A stretch of DNA of 64,000 bases from Endomicrobiia bacterium (lineage in GTDB: Bacteria > Elusimicrobiota > Endomicrobiia > DTEH01): assembly GCA_039630545.1 (NCBI GenBank), contig JBCNUU010000001.1, forward strand, positions 131,802-195,801, given 5' to 3'. Below are positions 9,431 to 18,249 of this stretch, in pieces; position 1 is the first letter of the stretch, and each line of letters starts with the position of its first letter. Position numbers and translations under genes: made by a program. The notes under the pieces were generated by a model. That model ran no database searches, was not told where the DNA came from, and was given only the letters and a program-made list of their open reading frames with translations.

Positions 9431-9503
9431 TGTCCCCGGCGAGAGTCGAACTCGCAACCAACGGATTAAGAGTCCGCTGCTCTTCCAGTTGAGCTACGGG
9501 GAC
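9431..9503 (-). tRNA. tRNA-Lys (anticodon CTT)
   Basis: On the reverse complement: acceptor stem GTCCCCG/CGGGGAC, D-arm TAGCTCAACTGGAAGAGCA, anticodon stem GCGGA/TCCGT with loop CTCTTAA (anticodon CTT), T-arm GGTTGCGAGTTCGACTCTCGCC, discriminator A. A GC-rich island in AT-rich surroundings. Confidence 0.9.
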
Positions 9504-9612
9504 AAAAACTAATTATTCTGTACTAAACTGATAATTAAAAGTCAATAATTAATTTGGAAATTTACAATTATATTTATTTTGTAGGTTTTTATAAATTTTT
9601 TATTCTAACCTA

Positions 9613-9681
9613 TTGACATACTGCTGACTATTATTATAACTATATATTGTAGCATAAATCAAAAATAACTACAATATATAG
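9613..9681 (+). promoter_or_regulatory. Putative nrdJ promoter (TTGACA, 16-nt spacer, TATAAC) overlapped by a perfect 13-bp inverted repeat CTATATATTGTAG - N16 - CTACAATATATAG resembling NrdR boxes
   Basis: -35 at 9613-9618, -10 at 9635-9640. Inverted-repeat arms at 9640-9652 and 9669-9681. Both arms contain the ACAATATAT / ATATATTGT core of the NrdR box consensus (acaCaAtATaTtGtgt). The RBS AAGGGGG follows. Confidence 0.45.
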
Positions 9682-9701
9682 ATTAAGGGGGCTTAAAAAT
9701 C

Positions 9702-12056
9702 ATGTCAGTAAATATACCTTATCCTCAAGAAAACAAAGAAATAGCAGAAAACACCCTAACTGAAGAGGTTTTAGTTTCTGAGCAAAAGGAGAACATAAAT
9801 GTTATGGGGTATAACACTGGAAAAAAATTTATAAAACCTTCTCTTTCAAGTAACGCCTTAGTCGTTTTAGAGAAAAGATATTTAAGGAAAGATGAAAACG
9901 GGAATATCATTGAGTCTCCTGAAGATATGTTTAAAAGAGTAGCTAAGGCTATTTCTGAAGCGGATATAAACTATGGAGATGATCCTAATGAATCTTATGA
10001 GAGGTTTTATGAAATAATAGCTTCTCTAGAATTTCTTCCTAACTCGCCTACTTTGATGAATGCTGGTACACCATTTCAACAGCTTTCTGCATGTTTTGTT
10101 TTGCCCATAGAAGATTCTATGGAGTCAATTTTTGAAACATTAAAATACGCAGCTTTAATTCATAAAACAGGTGGAGGGACTGGTTTTTCTTTTTCTAACC
10201 TTAGACCATCAAATGATGTTGTAAAAACAACTTCTGGAATTTCTTCAGGTCCTATATCTTTTATGAAAGTATACAATGCTGCTACAGAAGCTATTAAACA
10301 AGGTGGCAGAAGGAGAGGAGCTAATATGGGAATTTTAAGAGTAGACCACCCTGATATTATAAGTTTTATTAAATGTAAAGAAGAAGAGGGAGAGTTAGTT
10401 AATTTTAATATATCTGTTGCCATCACTGATGATTTTATGAAAAAACTCCAGAATGATGAAGAATACGAACTTATAAATCCAAGAACAAAACAAGTAGTAA
10501 AAAGAATAAAAGCAAGAGAAATTTTTGACTTAATTGTGGAGCATGCATGGTTAAATGGAGAGCCGGGAGTAATATTTATAGATACAATTAATAAACATAA
10601 CCCTACACCAGAAGTAGGAGTTATAGAATCCACCAATCCATGTGGAGAACAGCCTCTTTTGCCTTTTGAATCCTGCAATCTGGGATCTATTAATCTTGGA
10701 AAAATGGTGATTCGCAGAGGAGATAGTTGTGAAATAGATTGGCAACGTCTCAGATATGTGACAGAAACAGCAGTTCATTTTTTGGATAATGTAATAGATG
10801 TTAACCAATATCCTGTAGAAAAAATAAAACAGATGACTTTAGCAAATAGGAAAATAGGTTTAGGAGTAATGGGTTGGGCTGATATGTTGTTTCAGCTTAA
10901 AGTTCCTTATGATTCGAAAGAAGCCCTTTCTCTTGCAGAAAAAGTGATGAGCTTTATAAAAAAAGTAGCAGTAGAAACTTCTCAAAAACTTGCTCAAAAA
11001 AGAGGACCTTTTCCTAATTTTGAAAAAAGTATTTTTAAAAACGAAACTCCAAGACGTAACGCTACACTCACCACTATTGCTCCTACAGGTTCAATAGGAA
11101 TAATTGCTAACGCTTCAACAGGTATAGAACCAGTTTTTGCTTTGGCGTTTGTAAGAAAAAATATTTTAGGAGGAGAAGAACTTTTTGAAATAAATCCTTA
11201 TTTTAAACAAACTTTAATTGCTGAAGGTTTATATTCTAAAGAATTAATTCAAGAAGTAATAGAAAAGGGTTCATTGAAAAATATAAAAGGCATACCTGAA
11301 ACTATTAAAAAAATTTTTGTTACAGCATTAGATGTACCGCCAGAGATGCATGTAAGAATGCAGGCAGCTTTTCAAAAATATGTGGATAACGCTGTTTCAA
11401 AAACAATTAATCTGCCTAACTCTGCTACAAAAGAAGATGTAGCGAAGGTTTATATTTTAGCATATAAACTTGGATGTAAAGGAGTTACTGTATATAGAGA
11501 TGGTTCAAGATCAGCTCAGGTATTAAATGTAGGTTCATCCAAAAAGAAATCTCAAAAAGAACAGCTGAAAGAAGAACCAAGAGTAAGACCTAAAGTTGTT
11601 TCTGGTAAAACAGTAAAGATGGTTACAGGATGCGGTAATATGTATGTAACTGTTAACGAAGACGAATTTGGGCCATGTGAACTTTTTACTTCTTTAGGTA
11701 AAAGTGGCGGTTGTACTTCATCTCAATCAGAAGCTATTGGAAGATTGATTTCACTTGCTTTAAGAAGTGGAGTAAACCCCCAAAAAATTATAGAACAACT
11801 TCGTGGAATTCGTTGCCCTTCTCCTGTGATTTTTCAAGGAGAGTCTATTTTATCTTGTGCTGACGCGATATCAAAAGCACTTGAAATCTATATTAAAGAG
11901 AAAGAGTCACCATCCCTTTTTGACAGCGTAAAAACTCACACTTCTTCATATAATAATATGGGCTTAAATCCAGAATGTCCTGAATGCGGGGGAAGATTAG
12001 AGATATTAGAAGGATGTGCGACTTGCCAAAGTTGCGGTTTTTCTAAATGTTTATAA
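9702..12056 (+). CDS. nrdJ: Class II (adenosylcobalamin-dependent) ribonucleoside-diphosphate/triphosphate reductase
   Basis: 784 aa. Class II RNR hallmarks visible: active-site region NPCGEQPL...ESCNLGSINL and a C-terminal Cys cluster (CPECGGRLEILEGCATCQSCG). No adjacent beta subunit, consistent with a monomeric class II enzyme. Confidence 0.85.
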   Translation: MSVNIPYPQENKEIAENTLTEEVLVSEQKENINVMGYNTGKKFIKPSLSSNALVVLEKRYLRKDENGNIIESPEDMFKRVAKAISEADINYGDDPNESYERFYEIIASLEFLPNSPTLMNAGTPFQQLSACFVLPIEDSMESIFETLKYAALIHKTGGGTGFSFSNLRPSNDVVKTTSGISSGPISFMKVYNAATEAIKQGGRRRGANMGILRVDHPDIISFIKCKEEEGELVNFNISVAITDDFMKKLQNDEEYELINPRTKQVVKRIKAREIFDLIVEHAWLNGEPGVIFIDTINKHNPTPEVGVIESTNPCGEQPLLPFESCNLGSINLGKMVIRRGDSCEIDWQRLRYVTETAVHFLDNVIDVNQYPVEKIKQMTLANRKIGLGVMGWADMLFQLKVPYDSKEALSLAEKVMSFIKKVAVETSQKLAQKRGPFPNFEKSIFKNETPRRNATLTTIAPTGSIGIIANASTGIEPVFALAFVRKNILGGEELFEINPYFKQTLIAEGLYSKELIQEVIEKGSLKNIKGIPETIKKIFVTALDVPPEMHVRMQAAFQKYVDNAVSKTINLPNSATKEDVAKVYILAYKLGCKGVTVYRDGSRSAQVLNVGSSKKKSQKEQLKEEPRVRPKVVSGKTVKMVTGCGNMYVTVNEDEFGPCELFTSLGKSGGCTSSQSEAIGRLISLALRSGVNPQKIIEQLRGIRCPSPVIFQGESILSCADAISKALEIYIKEKESPSLFDSVKTHTSSYNNMGLNPECPECGGRLEILEGCATCQSCGFSKCL

Positions 12057-12135
12057 TCATATTGAAAAACTTATCCAAATCTAATATATAATTAAGAAAA
12101 TTTTCAAACCCTCCTTAAATTTGAATAGTTCAAAA

Positions 12136-12690
12136 ATGATATTATCAGATTTAGAATTAAAAAAATATGTTAAAAAATATAAAATGATAGAGCCTTTTGA
12201 AGATACAAGACTTTTTAAGTTAGATAAAAAAATTTCCTGGGGTGTGTCTTCTTATGGATATGATTTTAGATTATCTGATGAATTTATTGTTCCTCAAGAT
12301 ACTACTCAGATTACAATTGATCCTAAAAATTTTGATGTTTCAAAGTTTAAGAAAATAAAATCTCAAGAATATATAGTTCCAGCTAATAGCTTTGTGTTAG
12401 GAAAGTCAGTAGAATACTTTAGAATTCCAAGAAATATTCTTGTGATAGTATGTGGGAAATCCACATATGCGAGGTCAGGACTTGTGGTGAATGTAACTCC
12501 TCTTGAACCAGAGTGGGAAGGATATATTACAATTTCCATAATTAACCCTTTAAATCATAAAATAAAAATATACGCAAATGAAGGTATAGCACAGGCTGTA
12601 TTTTTAAAAGCAGCAAAAATTTGTAAAATTTCCTACAAAGATAAACAAGGTAAATATCAAGCTCAGAAAGATATTACACTTCCTAAGTAA
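12136..12690 (+). CDS. dcd: dCTP deaminase
   Basis: Begins MILSD, as Dcd proteins do. dUTPase-fold motifs (VIVCGKSTYARSGL, EGYITISIINPLNHKIKIYANEGIAQAVF). The tracked start at 12121 is TTG; the ATG at 12136 is preferred. Confidence 0.8.
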   Translation: MILSDLELKKYVKKYKMIEPFEDTRLFKLDKKISWGVSSYGYDFRLSDEFIVPQDTTQITIDPKNFDVSKFKKIKSQEYIVPANSFVLGKSVEYFRIPRNILVIVCGKSTYARSGLVVNVTPLEPEWEGYITISIINPLNHKIKIYANEGIAQAVFLKAAKICKISYKDKQGKYQAQKDITLPK

Positions 12691-12727
12691 TATTTATATT
12701 GAACAAATTTAGCAGGAGGACAAATTT

Positions 12728-13888
12728 ATGGCTTTTTTTATAGGTAGAGACAAAGAGGCAAGAAGAGCATATGGTTTTGACGAGGTTGCTATTGTACCAG
12801 GTAACATTACAATAGATCCTGAAGACACAGACATATCTGTGGAGTTGTGTGGTTTTAAGCTTAAAGTTCCTCTAATAGCATCTGCTATGGATGGTGTGGT
12901 GGATCCAAAAATGGCTGTTGAATTAGGCAAACTTGGTGCTTTAGGTGTTTTAAATTTAGACGGACTATATACCAGGTATAAAGATCCTTATCAGCAGCTT
13001 GAAAAAATAATAAACGCTTCTGATGAAAAAGCTACTGAGATTATTCAACAGATATATAGAGAACCAGTTAAAGAAGATTTAATATATGAAAGAATAAAAG
13101 AAATAAAAAAAGAAAATGTTTTATGTGCCGTGTCTACTATACCTCAAAATGCTCCGAAATATATAAAAATAGCAAAAGAAGCTGGTGCTGATATATTTGT
13201 TATACAGGCAACTGTAGTTACTGTCAAACATTATTCTTCACGATATGGTTGTGTTGATTTAGAAAAAATCTGCAAAGAAAGTGGGTTGCCGGTAATTATC
13301 GGTAACTGTGTTACTTATAAAGTAGCATTAGAACTTATGGAGATAGGAGCCCAAGCAATTTTGGTAGGAGTAGGACCTGGTGCTGCTTGCACTACAAGAC
13401 AGGTTTTAGGTTTAGGAGTTCCTCAAATTACTGCTACAGTTGACTGTGCTAAAGCACGAGATTTTTATTTCAAAAAAACAGGAAGATATGTGCCAGTAAT
13501 TACAGATGGGGGTATGATAACAAGTGGTGATATTTGTAAATCATTTGTAGCAGGTGCTGATTTGGTAATGTTTGGTAGTGGTTTTGCCAAAGCAAAAGAA
13601 GCGCCAGGCAAGGGTTATCACTGGGGTATGGCTATGCCTCATTTTTATTTACCTCGTGGTGCAAGAATTTATGTTGGAACAACAGGCACGCTTAAAGAGA
13701 TACTTTTTGGCCCTTCTAAAGTTGACGATGGAACACAGAATCTTGTTGGTGCTTTAAGGACATGTATGGGTAATGTTGGTGCAAGAACAATAAAAGAATT
13801 TCAACTTGCACAACTTATAATAGCTCCGGAAATTAAAACAGAAGGAAAAAGATATCAGAAAGAACAAAAAGTAGGTATGGGTAAATGA
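12728..13888 (+). CDS. IMP dehydrogenase / GMP reductase family protein lacking the CBS pair (GuaB-like, 386 aa)
   Basis: N-terminal TIM-barrel motifs ([20 protein letters not shown]). Catalytic Cys loop [14 protein letters not shown]...[19 protein letters not shown]...GADLVMFGS. No CBS insertion. Stop overlaps the guaA start (ATGA). Confidence 0.8.
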   Translation: MAFFIGRDKEARRAYGFDEVAIVPGNITIDPEDTDISVELCGFKLKVPLIASAMDGVVDPKMAVELGKLGALGVLNLDGLYTRYKDPYQQLEKIINASDEKATEIIQQIYREPVKEDLIYERIKEIKKENVLCAVSTIPQNAPKYIKIAKEAGADIFVIQATVVTVKHYSSRYGCVDLEKICKESGLPVIIGNCVTYKVALELMEIGAQAILVGVGPGAACTTRQVLGLGVPQITATVDCAKARDFYFKKTGRYVPVITDGGMITSGDICKSFVAGADLVMFGSGFAKAKEAPGKGYHWGMAMPHFYLPRGARIYVGTTGTLKEILFGPSKVDDGTQNLVGALRTCMGNVGARTIKEFQLAQLIIAPEIKTEGKRYQKEQKVGMGK

Positions 13889-15438
13889 TATTGATTTTTG
13901 ATTTTGGTTCTCAATATACACAGCTCATAGCAAGAAGAATAAGAGAGTTAAATGTTTACTGTGAGATTCATCCTTATAATGTAAATATTAAAAATTTTGA
14001 AACAGAAAAGATAAAGGGAGTTATTTTTTCAGGCGGTCCTGACAGTGTCTATGAGAAAACCTCACCTAAAATTAGCCTCTCCAGTTTGGAATATCTCATA
14101 AATAAGAAAATACCTATATTAGGTATCTGCTATGGAATGCAGCTTATAAGTTATCTTCTTGGAGGTAAAGTTATAAGAGGTAAAATTCATGAATATGGAC
14201 TTTCAAGAATAAAAAAAGTAAAAGAAAGTGCTTTGTTTTTAAATATTCCTGAATATTCAAATGTATGGATGAGCCATGGTGACACAATTTTAGAATTACC
14301 GGAAAATTTTGAAGTCGTTGCTAAAACAGAAAACAATTTGTTGGCAGCTGTTGAAAATATAAAATCCTCTTTGTATCTCTTACAGTTTCATCCAGAGGTA
14401 AGGCATACAGACTACGGCACAGAGATTATTAAAAATTTTGTATTCAGAATTTGTAATGCCTCACCAGACTGGCAGATGAAAAATTTTATTGAAAGTTCTT
14501 TAGAAGAAATAAGAACTACATTAAAAGACAAACCAGCAATTTGTGCTATATCTGGTGGAGTGGATTCTTCAGTAGCAGCAACTTTAGTATACAAAGCAGC
14601 TGGCAAAAATCTTTATTGCGTGTTTGTAGACAATGGAGTGTTAAGACATGGAGAAAAAGAAAGAGTAAAAAGGATCTTTAAACCAATGTTTGCTGAAAAC
14701 CTTCATATAGTAGATGCCAGCAAAATTTTTCTTTCAAGACTCAAAGGTGTCATAGATCCAGAAAAAAAAAGAAAGATAATAGGAAAAACCTTTATAGAGG
14801 TTTTTGAAAAAGAAGCAAGAAAAATAGAAAAGAAACTTAAAAAGAAAATAGAATTTTTAGTTCAAGGAACACTTTATCCTGATGTTATAGAAAGTGTTTC
14901 TGTGAAAGGACCATCCAGGACAATAAAAACCCATCACAATGTTGGTGGTTTACCAAGAAAATTAAAATTTAAACTCATTGAACCATTAAAATTTTTATTC
15001 AAAGACGAAGTAAGAAGGTTAGGAAAAGAACTGGGACTTCCTGATGAGATACTTTTAAGACATCCTTTTCCTGGTCCTGGACTTGCGGTGAGGATTATTG
15101 GAGAGGTGAATCCTTCAAGGGTAGAGCTTCTTAAAAAAGCAGACAAAATTATTGAGGAGGAAATAAGAAAAGCAGGACTTTATGAAAAAGTTTGGCAATG
15201 TTTTGGGGTACTTCTTCCTGTAAAAAGTGTAGGTATTATGGGAGACAGAAGAACATATGAAAATGTTTTAGCAATAAGATGTGTTGAATCACAAGATGCT
15301 ATGACAGCTGACTGGGTGAGGTTGCCTTATGATGTTTTAGGAAAGATATCTAACAGGATAATAAATGAAGTTCGCGGAATAAATCGTGTAGTATATGATA
15401 TATCTTCTAAACCCCCAGCCACAATCGAGTGGGAATAA
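13885..15438 (+). CDS. guaA: GMP synthase (glutamine-hydrolysing)
   Basis: GATase-1 N-domain ([12 protein letters not shown]). PP-loop ATP pyrophosphatase SGGVDSSV. C-terminal dimerisation domain ending ...PPATIEWE. Confidence 0.95.
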   Translation: MILIFDFGSQYTQLIARRIRELNVYCEIHPYNVNIKNFETEKIKGVIFSGGPDSVYEKTSPKISLSSLEYLINKKIPILGICYGMQLISYLLGGKVIRGKIHEYGLSRIKKVKESALFLNIPEYSNVWMSHGDTILELPENFEVVAKTENNLLAAVENIKSSLYLLQFHPEVRHTDYGTEIIKNFVFRICNASPDWQMKNFIESSLEEIRTTLKDKPAICAISGGVDSSVAATLVYKAAGKNLYCVFVDNGVLRHGEKERVKRIFKPMFAENLHIVDASKIFLSRLKGVIDPEKKRKIIGKTFIEVFEKEARKIEKKLKKKIEFLVQGTLYPDVIESVSVKGPSRTIKTHHNVGGLPRKLKFKLIEPLKFLFKDEVRRLGKELGLPDEILLRHPFPGPGLAVRIIGEVNPSRVELLKKADKIIEEEIRKAGLYEKVWQCFGVLLPVKSVGIMGDRRTYENVLAIRCVESQDAMTADWVRLPYDVLGKISNRIINEVRGINRVVYDISSKPPATIEWE

Positions 15439-15478
15439 ATCTGTCAATATAAATATATAAATTCACTGGAGGTTTATT

Positions 15479-16897
15479 ATGAAAGAAACAATTTTTAGAG
15501 AGTATGATATTCGTGGAGTGTATCCTGAAGATATAAACAAAGATGTTGCATATAAGATTTCTTTAGCATTTTCAAAATATCTTACAGAAACTATAAAAAA
15601 AACAGAAGACATATGGGTGTGTGTAGGTATGGATGTTCGTAAGAGTTCTCCTGAAATTAAAGAAGGAGTTATTTCTGGATTTGTTGACTCAGGAATAAAT
15701 GTAATAGATATAGATATGGTTCCTACGCCGGTTTTATATTTTTCTTTATTTACAAAACTTATTCCTGTAGATAAGAAAATAAGCCAGCCAGATGGTGGAG
15801 TTATGATAACAGCATCACATAATCCGCCAGAATTTAACGGGATGAAACTTTGTGTAGGCCCCTATGCTTTGTATGGAGAAAAGATAAAAGAAATTTTCAA
15901 GATTGCGATTTCTCAAAATTTTATAACGTCAAAGAAAAAAGGTCAAGTGGTAAAGTATGATATTGTATCTGACTATGTTTGCTTTTTAACAGGGCATTTT
16001 TACAAACTTAAAAAGTTATTTTCTGAATTTAAAAAACCTGTTTTTGCTGTGGACTGTGGAAATGGAACAGCAGGTCCTGTAATAAAAAAGATACTAGATA
16101 ATTTAGAAATAAATTATATCCCTCTATTTTTTGAACCAGATGGAAACTTTCCAAATCACCATCCTGATCCAACTGTTCCTGAATATGTAAAAGAACTTTC
16201 AAACACAGTAAAGAAGAAAAAACTTTTATGTGGCATAGGTTATGATGGTGACTCAGATCGTCTTGGTGCAGTGGACAGCAAAGGAGAAGTTGTATATGGT
16301 GATAAATTACTTCTTTTGTTTTCAAAATATGTGATAAAAGAATTTGGTGCTAAACATAAGTTTATCGGTGAAGTTAAATGTTCTCAAGTTTTATATGATG
16401 GGATTAAAAAACTTGGAGGGCAACCGATAATCTATAGAACAGGTCATTCTTTAATAAAAGAAAAAATGAAAAAAGAAGGTGCACTTCTTGCAGGTGAAAT
16501 GTCAGGACATATGTTTTTTAACGATAGATACTTTGGTTATGATGATGCAATTTATGCTTCTTTAAGGTTGTTAGAAATTATTGGGTTAGAGAAGAAACCA
16601 CTTGATAAAATCATAAGTTTTATACCAAAAACTTACAACACTCCTGAGATAAGAGTAGAATCTTCTGATGAGAAAAAATTTGAAATAGTAGAAAAACTAA
16701 AACAAGAGCTTAAAAAACTAAAAATGAAATTTATTGATATTGATGGAGTAAGAGTTCAGTTTCCAGACGGTGGTTTTGGGCTTGTAAGAGCATCCAACAC
16801 ACAGCCGGTGTTGGTTTTACGGTTTGAAGCAAAAACACCAAAACTGCTTGAACATCATAAGAAGTTTGTAATGGAATTGTTGAAAAAAATAAAATAA
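15479..16897 (+). CDS. Phosphomannomutase / phosphoglucomutase
   Basis: Active-site serine loop TASHNPPEFNGMK. Metal-binding GYDGDSDR. Sugar-binding GEMSGH. Confidence 0.9.
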   Translation: MKETIFREYDIRGVYPEDINKDVAYKISLAFSKYLTETIKKTEDIWVCVGMDVRKSSPEIKEGVISGFVDSGINVIDIDMVPTPVLYFSLFTKLIPVDKKISQPDGGVMITASHNPPEFNGMKLCVGPYALYGEKIKEIFKIAISQNFITSKKKGQVVKYDIVSDYVCFLTGHFYKLKKLFSEFKKPVFAVDCGNGTAGPVIKKILDNLEINYIPLFFEPDGNFPNHHPDPTVPEYVKELSNTVKKKKLLCGIGYDGDSDRLGAVDSKGEVVYGDKLLLLFSKYVIKEFGAKHKFIGEVKCSQVLYDGIKKLGGQPIIYRTGHSLIKEKMKKEGALLAGEMSGHMFFNDRYFGYDDAIYASLRLLEIIGLEKKPLDKIISFIPKTYNTPEIRVESSDEKKFEIVEKLKQELKKLKMKFIDIDGVRVQFPDGGFGLVRASNTQPVLVLRFEAKTPKLLEHHKKFVMELLKKIK

Positions 16898-16903
16898 AAA
16901 AAT

Positions 16904-16940
16904 GCCCGGTCATTCAAGACCGGGCTATCTATATTTTTTG
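16904..16940. terminator. Bidirectional intrinsic terminator between the convergent phosphomannomutase (+) and hsp20 (-) genes
   Basis: Perfect 8-bp GC-rich stem GCCCGGTC (loop ATTCAA) GACCGGGC, flanked by an A-run on the left and a T-run on the right. Confidence 0.85.
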
Positions 16941-16950
16941 TAAGATTTTT

Positions 16951-17397
16951 TTATTCTATTTCAATTTTTGTAGATTTTTCTTTTGCTTCTTTTGTTTTTG
17001 GCAGTGTAAGTTCTAACACACCATTGTTGTATTTTGCCTTTATAGCTTTTTTATCAATTTCAGCAGGTAGTCTTAAACTGCGGACAAACTCGCCATATGA
17101 CCTTTCTGCATAGTAGTAATTTTTGTCTTTCTTTTCCTGTTCCTGTTTTCTTGTAGCTTTTATGGTTAACACATCGTCAGTTATATTTATATCTATATCT
17201 TTCTTTTCAAACCCGGGAAGTTCAGCTTCAACAACATATTTGTTTTCATCTTCCCATACATCTATTTTAGGAAGATTTACACTTTCAGATGGTAGTTCTA
17301 TATCCCAATCCTCAAAGAATCTTTTTAGCCTTTGAAGTGGCTTAAAAGCTTGTTCAATTGTTTTTTCAAAATCATCTAATGGTTTTATGAGTTTCAT
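16951..17397 (-). CDS. Small heat-shock protein (Hsp20 / alpha-crystallin family)
   Basis: ACD motifs (DVWEDENKYVVEAELPGFEKKDIDI, AERSYGEFVRSLRLP, KAKYNNGVLELTLPK). ATG at 17397 is preferred, with GGAGGTGA 8 nt upstream; the tracked start at 17406 is a GTG. Confidence 0.85.
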   Translation of the reverse strand: MKLIKPLDDFEKTIEQAFKPLQRLKRFFEDWDIELPSESVNLPKIDVWEDENKYVVEAELPGFEKKDIDINITDDVLTIKATRKQEQEKKDKNYYYAERSYGEFVRSLRLPAEIDKKAIKAKYNNGVLELTLPKTKEAKEKSTKIEIE

Positions 17398-17576
17398 GGT
17401 TATCACCTCCTTTTCATAAAGTTTTTAAAATTTGTATTTTTGCTTTAACTTTTTTTCCATAAATTATAGATGCATAAGACAATTTTTAGGTTTCACTTTA
17501 TCACTGTTAATAAGTTGATTTTTTGTAATAAATTTTGTATTTAGAAAAAAACTTTTTGAAACAACGGGGAGGATAT

Positions 17577-18167
17577 ATGATTACACATTTGACTTACTCA
17601 AGGTATCTTAGCCAGAATATTCTCAAAATCTCAACTCCACTACAGAAATTTATATACATAATTTTTATATCTCTATTTGGAAGTTTTTTGTTAGCAGTAT
17701 CCTCAAAGATAAATTTTGTTTTGCCTTTTACTTTTGTGCCTTTCACTATGCAGACTTTTGTGGTTCTTCTTTTATCAATGATGTTTGGAAGAGAGGTTAT
17801 ATACATTCTTATATCCTATGTTTTTGAGGGTATAGTTGGTCTTCCTGTTTTTGCAAAGGGTGGTGGTGTATTGTATATTTTAGGACCTACAGGAGGATAT
17901 ATTGTGGGTTTTTTAATTTCTGGTTATATTTGTGGTTTACTTGCTGAAGCTGGTTTCACAAAAAGTTTTCTTAAGACGATTTCTGTTATGATTTTAGGGA
18001 TTTTAATTATATATTTTTGTGGTGCCTTGTGGTTGTTAAGATTTGTTAATTTTAGTATTAAGCAAGCGTTAAAAATTGGGGTTTTGCCTTTTATAATAGG
18101 TGATTTAATAAAAATTATTTTTGTTTCTTTTGTTTTACCTTTAAGTTATAAAAGAATCAATAATTAA
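17577..18167 (+). CDS. bioY: Biotin transporter BioY (ECF-transporter S component)
   Basis: About 190 aa, six hydrophobic helices. BioY-type motifs (VPFTMQTFVVLL, GPTGGYIVGF). ATG at 17577 has GGGGAGGA upstream; the longer tracked start lacks an RBS. Confidence 0.8.
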   Translation: MITHLTYSRYLSQNILKISTPLQKFIYIIFISLFGSFLLAVSSKINFVLPFTFVPFTMQTFVVLLLSMMFGREVIYILISYVFEGIVGLPVFAKGGGVLYILGPTGGYIVGFLISGYICGLLAEAGFTKSFLKTISVMILGILIIYFCGALWLLRFVNFSIKQALKIGVLPFIIGDLIKIIFVSFVLPLSYKRINN

Positions 18168-18249
18168 TTAATTAATCCTGTAAATTAAGTCTTTACTCCT
18201 CAACAAGCACTTTTCAGATAAAATTTGTTTATTTTAAACTTTTAATTTT

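Noticed and set aside
10160-10808. Reverse-strand ORFs (172 and 85 aa) inside nrdJ, and similar antisense ORFs inside uvrA, guaA, pmm, infB, nusA, lysA, dapF and secA
   Set aside because: They fall fully within high-confidence conserved genes on the opposite strand and have no RBS or recognisable motifs. They are typical antisense artefacts in AT-rich DNA.
17535-17576. Upstream extension of bioY (track start 17535) and the GTG-initiated MITM extension of hsp20 (17406)
   Set aside because: The extensions lack an RBS, while the internal ATGs at 17577 and 17397 are preceded by GGAGG at ideal spacing. The added residues are not part of the conserved families.
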